A DNA stretch of 64,000 bases from a virus, in the IMG/VR virus record IMGVR_UViG_3300028127_000003; one strand, written 5' to 3'. The position numbers were made by a program, and so were the translations under genes. Below the pieces are notes generated by a model. That model was given only the letters and a program-made list of their open reading frames with translations, did not search any database and was not told the DNA's origin. Positions 16,378-24,612 of the stretch are shown one piece after another. Each line of letters starts with the position of its first letter. The first letter of the stretch is position 1.

Positions 16378-16869
16378 TTAAAAGTTGTGGTTAGTTATTC
16401 TACAATCATAATTGAAAAAGTTTCTAAATTGATCTTCATCAGCCTGAATTCTTCTTTCAAAATTGTCATCTGGGTCGTTTCTTTCTATGATCCTTGATCT
16501 TCTTACGTCAATTGGTATATCTATATAAGTTACAAAGCATCTGCTTCGATATTCTTCATTTAATAAATCGACTGCTTCCGCATTTAAAATCATTACGTCA
16601 CATCTTTCAAATTCTTCCTTTGTGATTCCGTAATACCATCCGTTAAATTTTTGATACTCAACGAATTCATCATTATCGATCATGTTTTTAAAGCTATCTT
16701 CGTTTACAAAATAGTAGTCTACTCCTTCTTGTTCGTTTGCCTTCTTACGAGGAGGACGAGTAGTATAAGAGACTCCAAAAACGAAACCTCTATTTTCATA
16801 TCTAGTTCTTAAATAATCTTTTCCAGCGGCTGCCTTTCCTACTAATACTATTTTACCTTTTTTATGCAT
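16378..16869 (-). CDS. gmk: Guanylate kinase-like protein
   Basis: GKAAAGKD P-loop, VSYTTRPPR..E..GVDYYFV, E...FNGWYYG. Confidence 0.85.
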   Translation of the reverse strand: MHKKGKIVLVGKAAAGKDYLRTRYENRGFVFGVSYTTRPPRKKANEQEGVDYYFVNEDSFKNMIDNDEFVEYQKFNGWYYGITKEEFERCDVMILNAEAVDLLNEEYRSRCFVTYIDIPIDVRRSRIIERNDPDDNFERRIQADEDQFRNFFNYDCRITNHNF

Positions 16870-17755
16870 TAATTTTTTCTTGTTTTGATGATGTTACTAA
16901 ATTTACCCAATCTTGTAATTTCCAAGTTGGTTTCCAGCCTAATTTTTCTTCAGTGTCTGATGGGAAGTCTTCGCTTGTAAACCTTTCGCCTCTTCTTTCA
17001 GGAATCATTACCCAATCACCATACATTTCTGCTAATTCTATCATTGTAGTATTAACTCCGCTTCTCAGGTGCCATTCGTGATTGTCTTTTCTCTGTGCTG
17101 CTAATCCAAGAGCTGTAACTACGTCTTCAACGTGTGTGAAGTCTCTGCTTTGATTTCCAGGAGAAACTACTGAACACTTTTCACCTGCTTTAAATTGTCT
17201 TTCAAAAATACCGACAACTGTTGCATAATCACCTGATGTAATTTGGCCAGGTCCATATACATTAAAGAAATAACAGATCTCATATTGAAGATCATACCAT
17301 GTATTATAGTTTTTGATTAATTCTACCATCTTAGATTTCATCCAAGCATAAGGAGAAAGATTCTCATCTTCACCGTTGTTACCGAATTTAGAACTAGATG
17401 CAGAATAAATTAACTTTGAATTCCATTTTCTACATAGTTCTAATATAACAGGTGTTCCAGATAGAATAGACCTATGAACAAAATCAATATCTTCAAACGA
17501 TTGAACAATTCTACTATATTCTCCAAAGTGAAATACAGTGTCAAAGTAATTTTCTTCTGTTAATTTTTCAAAAATAGTATCTGCTTCCCAAGTATGTCCT
17601 CTATAATAGGTTACGCCAGGAACATGATTTTCTTCTTTTCCCGTGAAGTAATTATCTAATGAAGTTATTTTAATTTTTGGGTAGGTTTCCTGTAGGTGTT
17701 TAATGAGGTTGCTTCCGACAAATCCTGCACCACCTGTGACTAATACGTTTTTCAT
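16862..17755 (-). CDS. NAD-dependent nucleotide-sugar epimerase/dehydratase
   Basis: VLVTGGAGFVGSNL, YSASSS, PYAWMK (YxxxK), FFNVYGP, RDFTHV.D. Confidence 0.9.
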   Translation of the reverse strand: MKNVLVTGGAGFVGSNLIKHLQETYPKIKITSLDNYFTGKEENHVPGVTYYRGHTWEADTIFEKLTEENYFDTVFHFGEYSRIVQSFEDIDFVHRSILSGTPVILELCRKWNSKLIYSASSSKFGNNGEDENLSPYAWMKSKMVELIKNYNTWYDLQYEICYFFNVYGPGQITSGDYATVVGIFERQFKAGEKCSVVSPGNQSRDFTHVEDVVTALGLAAQRKDNHEWHLRSGVNTTMIELAEMYGDWVMIPERRGERFTSEDFPSDTEEKLGWKPTWKLQDWVNLVTSSKQEKINA

Positions 17756-17761
17756 ATAATA

Positions 17762-18013
17762 TTATACTGATTTATTTATTTTTGTTTCTTTATTACCACT
17801 ACACATGTCATATACTTCACCGTTTATTAAAAAACCTCTAAGAGAAATATCATTGCGTTTAGCAAAGCGAATAGAAGAAATATACGAATAAGGAGATTTA
17901 ATGTTTGTAAATTCAACGGCGTAATTATCGTAAATCACCGTTACTGTAGATCCTCCCTCCTGTAAGGAAAGTGGATTAATTCTCATTTCTTTTGTGGGTC
18001 TATATACTTTCAT
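17762..18013 (-). CDS. Hypothetical protein
   Basis: ORF track. Confidence 0.55.
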   Translation of the reverse strand: MKVYRPTKEMRINPLSLQEGGSTVTVIYDNYAVEFTNIKSPYSYISSIRFAKRNDISLRGFLINGEVYDMCSGNKETKINKSV

Positions 18014-18632
18014 GTTGCATAGGTAATGTTTGATGTTTTTTAAGATCTCTCTTAATATCTTTTTTAACTCTGTCTAAATATTTCTTTCTTTTTGCATCGC
18101 TCACGAAGGGAACTGACCAAAATTGTTTTGTCTTTAACCATCTTGAAATATTCCATCCAAATACAAATGTAAATACTCCCATCACTAAACGTAATTTAAC
18201 TGAGTTTAAATATAGAGTTCTTACGGGTAATGAAGGAGCTCCATGGGTTATATATGTCCTTACCTTTTTATCACTTAAGAATGGCTTTGGATACGCGTAT
18301 GCTCCGAAAAGGGGAACAAACTTATACGCAAAACCTGGGGTAAATACTTCGTCAAAGAATATTTCCATTCTAGGTGTTAATCTAAACCACCAAACAGGAG
18401 ATACGAAGTAAATTCTATCCGCCCATGTTACAGCATCTTGATATTCCTTAATAAGATCTTTTCTTGGTTGAGAAAAATCATCTCTATATAAATCTATTAC
18501 CTGTATTTCATTTAGGTAATCACTATCTAATAGAGATTCTTGGATTGTTTTAAAAATTCCGTTATAACAAAATGATTTTTTATCAGGATGTCCAACTACG
18601 ATTAAGTTTTGCATGCGTTCTAGTTTCTTCAT
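18000..18632 (-). CDS. NAD(P)H-dependent oxidoreductase, flavodoxin-like fold
   Basis: LIVVGHPDKKSF, IDLY, WAD.I.FVSPVWWF..TP.M..FFD.VF.PGFAY. Confidence 0.88.
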   Translation of the reverse strand: MKKLERMQNLIVVGHPDKKSFCYNGIFKTIQESLLDSDYLNEIQVIDLYRDDFSQPRKDLIKEYQDAVTWADRIYFVSPVWWFRLTPRMEIFFDEVFTPGFAYKFVPLFGAYAYPKPFLSDKKVRTYITHGAPSLPVRTLYLNSVKLRLVMGVFTFVFGWNISRWLKTKQFWSVPFVSDAKRKKYLDRVKKDIKRDLKKHQTLPMQHESI

Positions 18633-18814
18633 AAGAACTTTTTAAATTGTGTTACTTCTTTTTTTCGAGCTTCTTCTAATTTCTTAGCATGATATTCTCT
18701 GGCATATTGTTCCATGATACTGCTCATTTTAGTGTAATGAGAAAATGCATCACTGTCTATATTATTATCTGGCCATTCGTTTTCGTTAAGCCACTTCTTA
18801 GCTTCTATCGCCAT
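18629..18814 (-). CDS. Hypothetical protein
   Basis: ORF track. Confidence 0.55.
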   Translation of the reverse strand: MAIEAKKWLNENEWPDNNIDSDAFSHYTKMSSIMEQYAREYHAKKLEEARKKEVTQFKKFL

Positions 18815-19631
18815 GGAAATATTCTTTTAAATCGTCTCTACTTGTAGGAACATTGTCCCATTTAGAATCATACCAAAATGTTCTTCCATTCGAATCTTTT
18901 CTTTTCGACATAACAGGATTTCCATAACATAGCATGAATTTTTCTTGAATAGCATCTGTTCCGAATGGATTATCCCAATCTTTAATGCTTCCTCCTCCTT
19001 TTGCGTATGCTAGCATTGGAATATCTTTACATAGTTCTAGTATTTTAGGGTATTTTGCTAGTTGCATTCCAGCTGGAAGAAACGGATCTACATCTTTGGC
19101 TCTATAAATAATCTCCGCTCTTAGGTAATTTCCTATTCCATTAAAATATTTTTGGTTCATCAGGACTTCATAGAGTGGTTTCCTGAAAGCGCGTGACGTT
19201 AGATTAGTCATTATATCTTTCCAAAAAGAATCAAAGGAGGTCGTTGGATCCTCCCCTCGTGTATCATTCCACCATAAACCCTGCTTCCACTTGCCAAATC
19301 TACGCATATCTACAAATGAAAGGGTTGTTCCGTCTTTGCGATGAAATTTAAGGTGTGAATGTTTTGCTTCGTCGCCAGTATTAGTCAATTTAAAATACCC
19401 GCTCATTCCCATTGTCATTCGAATTGGAATAATTTTATCAGAATCATTATCTAAAATAAGAAGAACCATTTCCTTACCCCTAGATTCTGCTTTAATTTTA
19501 AAAAACTTAAAGGGTATATTTAGATCTTCACACTTATGTTCTGGGTTTTTTACTACGTTAACATATTTCATGCCTTCCGACATTTGGTTAACGTAATCTG
19601 CTGTAAATTTTAATTCTGCTAATTCTGGCAT
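18798..19631 (-). CDS. Fpg/Nei DNA glycosylase, NEIL1-like (no zinc finger)
   Basis: MPELAE, RGKE, GMSG, FVD.RRFG.W, H2TH NQKYFNGIGNYLRAEI.YR, C-terminal CYG...D.NGRT.W. Confidence 0.9.
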   Translation of the reverse strand: MPELAELKFTADYVNQMSEGMKYVNVVKNPEHKCEDLNIPFKFFKIKAESRGKEMVLLILDNDSDKIIPIRMTMGMSGYFKLTNTGDEAKHSHLKFHRKDGTTLSFVDMRRFGKWKQGLWWNDTRGEDPTTSFDSFWKDIMTNLTSRAFRKPLYEVLMNQKYFNGIGNYLRAEIIYRAKDVDPFLPAGMQLAKYPKILELCKDIPMLAYAKGGGSIKDWDNPFGTDAIQEKFMLCYGNPVMSKRKDSNGRTFWYDSKWDNVPTSRDDLKEYFHGDRS

Positions 19632-19660
19632 ATTGATTATATATGAGTTTTATAAAAAGT

Positions 19661-19852
19661 TTAATCTCCTAATCCTTTAAAAAAAGAATAAATGAAATAT
19701 AGAAGGTATAGTGGCCAAATTACCGTTAATACCAAAGATTCTTTAAGTGTCCACTTTTCTAATCCAAAGTTTTTATCATTTCTTCTATGATGATCCCATG
19801 AAAGGTGCATAATAAAAGAATAAATTACCCCAATAAATAGATAAGTTATCAT
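19661..19852 (-). CDS. Small two-TM membrane protein
   Basis: Hydrophobic segments; ..WP.. motif. Confidence 0.6.
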   Translation of the reverse strand: MITYLFIGVIYSFIMHLSWDHHRRNDKNFGLEKWTLKESLVLTVIWPLYLLYFIYSFFKGLGD

Positions 19853-19853
19853 A

Positions 19854-20087
19854 TTAAAACGGTAATGGATCTTCTTCTATTGATTTAATCATTTGCTCCG
19901 TTCTAAGTTTTTGAATATCTACTTTTTTTGTATTAAAAGAAGCGAAAGGAGTTTGGTGTAATTCAGTTACATCCCATGATTGGCCGTACTTATTTTCTTG
20001 ATTGTCAGCGATAAGTTCACCCTTTGAAAGAGCATGTTTATCGTTATCTGCATCAATGTATACTTCAAATGTTACTGTATATCTCAT
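19854..20087 (-). CDS. Hypothetical protein
   Basis: ORF track. Confidence 0.6.
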   Translation of the reverse strand: MRYTVTFEVYIDADNDKHALSKGELIADNQENKYGQSWDVTELHQTPFASFNTKKVDIQKLRTEQMIKSIEEDPLPF

Positions 20088-20203
20088 TAGTTTACCATTT
20101 TTAAAAGGTTAGAAACAAGTAGAATCATATAAAGTCCAAATGCAGTAATTAGGACGATGTCTACGCTATCAATCTGCTTAAGTGTATGTTTTAGTTTACG
20201 CAT
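20087..20203 (-). CDS. Small single-TM protein (38 aa)
   Basis: Own translation MRKLKHTLKQIDSVDIVLITAFGLYMILLVSNLLKMVN; overlaps both neighbours. Confidence 0.5.
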   Translation of the reverse strand: MRKLKHTLKQIDSVDIVLITAFGLYMILLVSNLLKMVN

Positions 20204-20540
20204 TCTTACTAAGAGTTTTTCTATAATTAACTACAGCCTTTGCAAGTCTGTCTAAACGCTCGCTTGGATCTTCGATCATAATCCTTTCAGTTGAAGGCCA
20301 TGTGGTTCCATTCCATTCATGCATTGATTTCTTAGTAGGATTTAATTGATAGATCGTTCGATGAGACCATTCATATCCTTTGTAATTTTCGTAATTACGG
20401 GTATATGCTCTACGAATATATCCACTTTCATAAGAAAGATAGTCAGTATTCGTGATAGGGTCATGGTAACAAATAGTTCCATTGTCGGCTTGCGTCTGTG
20501 AAGTTACTTCAACGCATTTAAGTGATTGTAGTTTATTCAT
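20196..20540 (-). CDS. Hypothetical protein
   Basis: Probable start MNKLQ; the longer start overlaps the upstream gene. Confidence 0.6.
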   Translation of the reverse strand: MNKLQSLKCVEVTSQTQADNGTICYHDPITNTDYLSYESGYIRRAYTRNYENYKGYEWSHRTIYQLNPTKKSMHEWNGTTWPSTERIMIEDPSERLDRLAKAVVNYRKTLSKNA

Positions 20541-20550
20541 TTTTATTTTT

Positions 20551-20751
20551 TTAGTAGAAAAGAGACATTGCATTTCGAAGACCTTCTTCGGTAGCTTTAT
20601 GAAAAGAATCAATACGTGGATTCAAAGTATTTGAATCTGAGTATTCTTTAAGAGCGGCTTTAATTGCACCGCGTTTAGTTTTGGCCCACACTGTGTTCCA
20701 ACCGCCACCTTCAAAGGTGAACATATATTGTTTGTTTTTTAATTCTGCCAT
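20551..20751 (-). CDS. Hypothetical protein
   Basis: Directly downstream of early repeat copy 5. Confidence 0.7.
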   Translation of the reverse strand: MAELKNKQYMFTFEGGGWNTVWAKTKRGAIKAALKEYSDSNTLNPRIDSFHKATEEGLRNAMSLFY

Positions 20752-20768
20752 AATGGTTTCTTTTATTA

Positions 20769-20830
20769 ATTATTACTCTACTAATATAAGCAAAAAATCT
20801 GAGATAAAAAAATTCTAGGCTGTTTATTTT
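20769..20830 (-). promoter_or_regulatory. Early-type promoter repeat, copy 5
   Basis: Same core. Confidence 0.75.
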
Positions 20831-21051
20831 TGATTTTTTTTTCTTTTTTTATTAAACTTAGCCCATTGCTTAGCCGCTTCCTTCTCCTCTTCGTATTTTT
20901 CAAGAACGTTAAAGAAGCCTTCATAGTCATATTCTTCTGACCTGAAAGCTTCTCTAATTCTCGATTGCTCGTCTTCACATCCTTTCATCCATCCCATTAC
21001 GAATGCAAATGCTCCTAAAAAAATTGTTAAAAATAATCCTTCTATTCCCAT
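20824..21051 (-). CDS. Small membrane-anchored protein
   Basis: N-terminal TM segment. Confidence 0.6.
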   Translation of the reverse strand: MGIEGLFLTIFLGAFAFVMGWMKGCEDEQSRIREAFRSEEYDYEGFFNVLEKYEEEKEAAKQWAKFNKKRKKNQK

Positions 21052-21335
21052 TATTTCAATTTTTGTAAAAGATTATCAATATCTTTTTTAGAAGTCCATC
21101 CTGCAACTTCGTCTTCAGTATCTATAAATTTAGAAGTGACAAAACTTCCGTCTTTGGAGTTCTCCCATATAGCAACTTCGAATGAAGAGTATTGTGTAGA
21201 GTCTAAGCCATCCTCTCGAGGATTACTGTAAACAAACTTACCAGCCTGAATACTCACTGTAACTTCTTTGAATTTTGCAGTAGCTCCTACACCACCGTGT
21301 GTTTGTTTGTTAAATGTTAAATCTTTGAATTTCAT
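21051..21335 (-). CDS. Hypothetical protein
   Basis: ORF track. Confidence 0.65.
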   Translation of the reverse strand: MKFKDLTFNKQTHGGVGATAKFKEVTVSIQAGKFVYSNPREDGLDSTQYSSFEVAIWENSKDGSFVTSKFIDTEDEVAGWTSKKDIDNLLQKLK

Positions 21336-21345
21336 ATCTTTTATT

Positions 21346-21804
21346 TTAAAAATTACCGTCAGCTACTTGAAAGCAAGTGATACCATTATCTCTCCACATT
21401 TGAACTACTTTATCTCTATCGTCAAAGACACATGTAATATCGTCAGTGTTTGGAAATAAATCATCAAGCCACTTTTTCTTTAATACATCATCTTTCATAA
21501 ACTTAAAACCTCCAGCAGTTGGTCGCATCTTTAAAACATCAAATGGAATATCAAGATCGTTTAACCAATCTTTCGTTGCGTCTTTAGTAGCTTTAGATCT
21601 TCCACTGAAAATTACAACACGATGTCCATCTTTTTTAAGAAGTCGTGCCATGTGAATAACTGGCCAATTCGGTTTATCTAATTGAATGTTTGCTGGATCG
21701 AAGAAAGTGTCCCAATCCATTTTACCATTATCTTTTGTGGAAATAGCTCTCCTATCGTCGATAAGAGCGAGAGTTCCATCTAAATCGAAAATTACTGTTT
21801 TCAT
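21346..21804 (-). CDS. HAD 3'-phosphatase (polynucleotide kinase-phosphatase PseT C-terminal-like)
   Basis: IFDLDGTLA, FSGR, LKMRP...D...K, FDDR..VV.MWR..G..CFQVA.G.F. Confidence 0.88.
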   Translation of the reverse strand: MKTVIFDLDGTLALIDDRRAISTKDNGKMDWDTFFDPANIQLDKPNWPVIHMARLLKKDGHRVVIFSGRSKATKDATKDWLNDLDIPFDVLKMRPTAGGFKFMKDDVLKKKWLDDLFPNTDDITCVFDDRDKVVQMWRDNGITCFQVADGNF

Positions 21805-21814
21805 TTTTATATTT

Positions 21815-22042
21815 TTAAAGGTTATCTCTTACTGAGTTTTTAATTAACATTTGAGAAGTAGGAGCGATTCCAAAACTAACCCAATTGTCAGAGTCATTAA
21901 ATTGTTTTCTACAATGGTCCATGATTTCGTCTGACCAGTCTAAATGGTTTCCAAGAACGTCTGTTACTGGATGCCAAACGCTTTCCCAACCATCATTTAA
22001 GAAGGTTACCCAAGCTTTTTCTAAGTTTAAATTAAGTGACAT
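21815..22042 (-). CDS. Hypothetical protein
   Basis: Directly downstream of early repeat copy 6. Confidence 0.65.
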   Translation of the reverse strand: MSLNLNLEKAWVTFLNDGWESVWHPVTDVLGNHLDWSDEIMDHCRKQFNDSDNWVSFGIAPTSQMLIKNSVRDNL

Positions 22043-22058
22043 ATCTTTTGCTTTATTG

Positions 22059-22123
22059 ATTATTACTATACTAATATAAGCAAAATATCTGAGATAAAAA
22101 AATATTTAGGCAATTATTTTCAA
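22059..22123 (-). promoter_or_regulatory. Early-type promoter repeat, copy 6
   Basis: Same core. Confidence 0.75.
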
Positions 22124-22129
22124 ATTATT

Positions 22130-22615
22130 TTAATCCCACCATCCTCGGATGTTATGGGATATAAATTTCCATACTAATTTCTCTGCTTTAATTTGCTTTT
22201 CTTTAGACTGTTTAAATAGTTTATCAAAGGTTTCTTTAACTTTATCTTTGTTTTCCCACTTCTCGTATTCATAATTAATATATGAAGTTCCATCTCCCCT
22301 TCCAGTATCTTCAAAGTTCCAATCTAATACGTTATCGCCATAAATCTTTTTCATCTGATCTTGGTATTCCATTCCATATTCTTCATCGTAAACTTTATCA
22401 AGAAGTTCGATAGCGGTTTTAATTCTCTTAGCTCTCATATCGGAATCGATGGCATACGCTCTATCTGATTCCATAAAATTAGAAGTACGTATTAATTGAT
22501 GTTTAAATAAATCAATTGCGTATCTATAATCAAAATCATAACCTTTCCAAATAATTGGCAAGTAATCTAAGACTCTTTTAATTTGTCTGTATTTTCTTTT
22601 AAACCAGTACGCCAT
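22130..22615 (-). CDS. Hypothetical protein
   Basis: ORF track; W..YD.DY and ...RGWWD pattern seen in phage hypotheticals. Confidence 0.7.
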   Translation of the reverse strand: MAYWFKRKYRQIKRVLDYLPIIWKGYDFDYRYAIDLFKHQLIRTSNFMESDRAYAIDSDMRAKRIKTAIELLDKVYDEEYGMEYQDQMKKIYGDNVLDWNFEDTGRGDGTSYINYEYEKWENKDKVKETFDKLFKQSKEKQIKAEKLVWKFISHNIRGWWD

Positions 22616-23177
22616 ATTTTTTAGTATATTCCTTTAGCGTAATACCTTCTTTATCCTTTTCGGAGACTAAGATGTCTGATATATTGAATTGTGTAAGTAT
22701 ACTCTTATCTATAGTCAGATCTATATCCTTGTCGGTCCATAGGAGACACTCCTCTGCACTCTTATCATATTCTTTAGTACATTTATATGAAAAGATTGTA
22801 TCATCCTCAAGGGCAAGAAACGCATGGCCAAATCCGGCCGGAATCCAAAATTGATTTCCTACGTGCGCACTTAATAATACATAAGTCCATTCTCCATAGG
22901 ATGGGGAACCAGGTCTAAGATCTACTGCGAAATCTACAACAGCTCCTTTAGAAACTCTTACTAATTTTCCTTGAGCACTATCTCCGGTTTGTAAATGTAT
23001 TCCTCTAAATACTCCTTTCTTAGAAACAGATTGATTATCTTGTAGAAATTCTTCTGTAATTCCAAGTTCTTTAAGTTTTGAAGATTTGAATGTTTCTATA
23101 AACTCTCCTCTTTCATCTTCAAATTTTCCAGGTCTTAATTCTAATAATCCTGAAATGCTAAATTTTCTTGATTTCAT
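22599..23177 (-). CDS. rmlC: dTDP-4-dehydrorhamnose 3,5-epimerase
   Basis: DERG.F.E.F, QDN.S.S.KGV.RG.H.Q, KLVRV..G.V.D.AVDLR..SP.YG.W, IP.GF.H.F. Confidence 0.93.
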   Translation of the reverse strand: MKSRKFSISGLLELRPGKFEDERGEFIETFKSSKLKELGITEEFLQDNQSVSKKGVFRGIHLQTGDSAQGKLVRVSKGAVVDFAVDLRPGSPSYGEWTYVLLSAHVGNQFWIPAGFGHAFLALEDDTIFSYKCTKEYDKSAEECLLWTDKDIDLTIDKSILTQFNISDILVSEKDKEGITLKEYTKKYGVLV

Positions 23178-23180
23178 ATT

Positions 23181-23579
23181 TTATCTTTTTCCTCCATTAT
23201 AAGGTTTTGCTAAACCTTCGTTTAATAATACTTGATTTATACTAATTGATATAGGTCTAGTTTCACCTTCATGGACATGAACTTCATGATAACCATTATA
23301 TAGTTCTCCTAGCGCTCTTCCATATTTATCCACTTCTTTAGAAACCAATACGAATTCATTGTTTCCTTGTTCTAGTAATTGCACTAGTCTTTCTTTAGAT
23401 TTAAGACCTGCTCTTTTTTCTACTAGATCTCTAGTCCTAGTTTCAGGAGTATCGATTCCATGTAGTCTAACGTTTACCTTTTTCCAAATATCAAATCCTA
23501 AATCTACATGTGCCCATACAGTATCTCCGTCTACTACTCTAATTAATTTTGCGTTAAAGGTGTAGTTAGGCGTTATCAT
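23181..23579 (-). CDS. Thermonuclease (SNase) family protein
   Basis: RVVDGDT, VRL.GIDTPE, DKYGR.LG, IN..L..EG.A..Y.G. Confidence 0.9.
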   Translation of the reverse strand: MITPNYTFNAKLIRVVDGDTVWAHVDLGFDIWKKVNVRLHGIDTPETRTRDLVEKRAGLKSKERLVQLLEQGNNEFVLVSKEVDKYGRALGELYNGYHEVHVHEGETRPISISINQVLLNEGLAKPYNGGKR

Positions 23580-23745
23580 GTGTCGATGTTGTAAACCAAT
23601 AAGGATCTGTTCCTCGTTGTGGTTGGTAAGGTAAATAAGTTGTAGGACGAGTGTATGAATCCTCTGGTGTAAGAAGAACTACAGCTTCTGCTGTTGTTAT
23701 CTTATTTTCGTCTAGTAGCTTTTGAACTATTTGCGCTCTTGTCAT
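23566..23745 (-). CDS. Small hypothetical protein (59 aa)
   Basis: Own translation MTRAQIVQKLLDENKITTAEAVVLL... Confidence 0.5.
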   Translation of the reverse strand: MTRAQIVQKLLDENKITTAEAVVLLTPEDSYTRPTTYLPYQPQRGTDPYWFTTSTHDNA

Positions 23746-23938
23746 TTGTTTTTGTTTTTTTATTTGCTGGTATTACTATCCAAAATATAATGTATATTAA
23801 TATTGCTGGAATTGTAGGTGTAAAGAATGCTAATGTGAATAAAAGTCTAAATATTAATGGATCAATTCCAAAATAATATCCTAAACCATCACATACTCCA
23901 GCAACCATTCCTCGACTACCTCTGTGTACTTTTCTCAT
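23702..23938 (-). CDS. PspC domain protein
   Basis: M.AGVC.GLG.YFGIDP...R.LF......I..YII.WI.IP. Confidence 0.85.
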   Translation of the reverse strand: MRKVHRGSRGMVAGVCDGLGYYFGIDPLIFRLLFTLAFFTPTIPAILIYIIFWIVIPANKKTKTNDKSANSSKATRRK

Positions 23939-24002
23939 TTTAAATTGTTTTCTATATTAGTTATACCCCCAAAAAGCACAATGTTTCATGTGCTTCTCTA
24001 AG

Positions 24003-24079
24003 TGGCGGTCTGGACGAGACTCGAACTCGCGACCCCATGCGTGACAGGCATGTATTCTAACCAACTGAACTACCAGACC
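24003..24079 (-). tRNA. tRNA-Asp(GUC) with encoded CCA
   Basis: CATGC-CTGTCAC-GCATG anticodon arm; 3' GCCA. Confidence 0.93.
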
Positions 24080-24084
24080 AATTG

Positions 24085-24169
24085 CGGAGAAGAAGGGATT
24101 CGAACCCCTGGAACCGTGAAGTTCGCTGGTTTTCAAGACCAGTGCATTCGACCACTCTGCCACTTCTCC
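24085..24169 (-). tRNA. tRNA-Ser(UGA)
   Basis: CTGGT-CTTGAAA-ACCAG anticodon arm; long variable arm. Confidence 0.93.
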
Positions 24170-24209
24170 TATTCTTCAACAACTATGGGTTAATGTTTAT
24201 TTATTTAAA

Positions 24210-24539
24210 TTAATTAGGAATGTTTTCCTTTTCTTTGGATTTTTGAAGATTAAAACTATCAATAATTTTATCTAATCTTAAATCCATTACTTCTATTTCT
24301 TTCTCAAATTGAGAAATTGCTCTATCTACTCTAGAATCTAATCTTCTATCTAGATCATCTATGCAATTATCTAAATAGTTTTCGACTGAATCTATTCTAC
24401 TTTGAATATCGCTTTCGATGTGATTAATCAACGAATCTAATTCACTGATTTTTTTAGTTGACCTGAACAATGACACTGCGCCTAAAATAATTAGAGTTAG
24501 CACCACACCCAGACCGAATGTAATAATAGTTGTTTCCAT
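24210..24539 (-). CDS. Membrane-anchored coiled-coil protein
   Basis: Probable start METTIIT; N-terminal TM then heptads (LDRRLDSRVD). Confidence 0.65.
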   Translation of the reverse strand: METTIITFGLGVVLTLIILGAVSLFRSTKKISELDSLINHIESDIQSRIDSVENYLDNCIDDLDRRLDSRVDRAISQFEKEIEVMDLRLDKIIDSFNLQKSKEKENIPN

Positions 24540-24566
24540 ATACTTGTGTTTATTTTTAAGTATAGC

Positions 24567-24577
24567 TGTCAAAGAAC
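24567..24577 (-). promoter_or_regulatory. boxA-like element (GTTCTTTGACA)
   Basis: Just 3' of promoter 24583-24611, on the transcript leading to tRNA-Ser/Asp. Confidence 0.5.
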
Positions 24578-24582
24578 TATTA

Positions 24583-24611
24583 ATTATACTAAATAAGAGG
24601 GGGTTGTTTCA
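24583..24611 (-). promoter_or_regulatory. TGAAAC-N17-TATAAT promoter
   Basis: Exact motif and spacing. Confidence 0.7.
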
Positions 24612-24612
24612 G

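Noticed and set aside
23957-24193. ORFs 23957-24163 (-) and 24002-24193 (+)
   Set aside because: They overlap tRNA-Ser and tRNA-Asp; these are typical tRNA-derived spurious translations.
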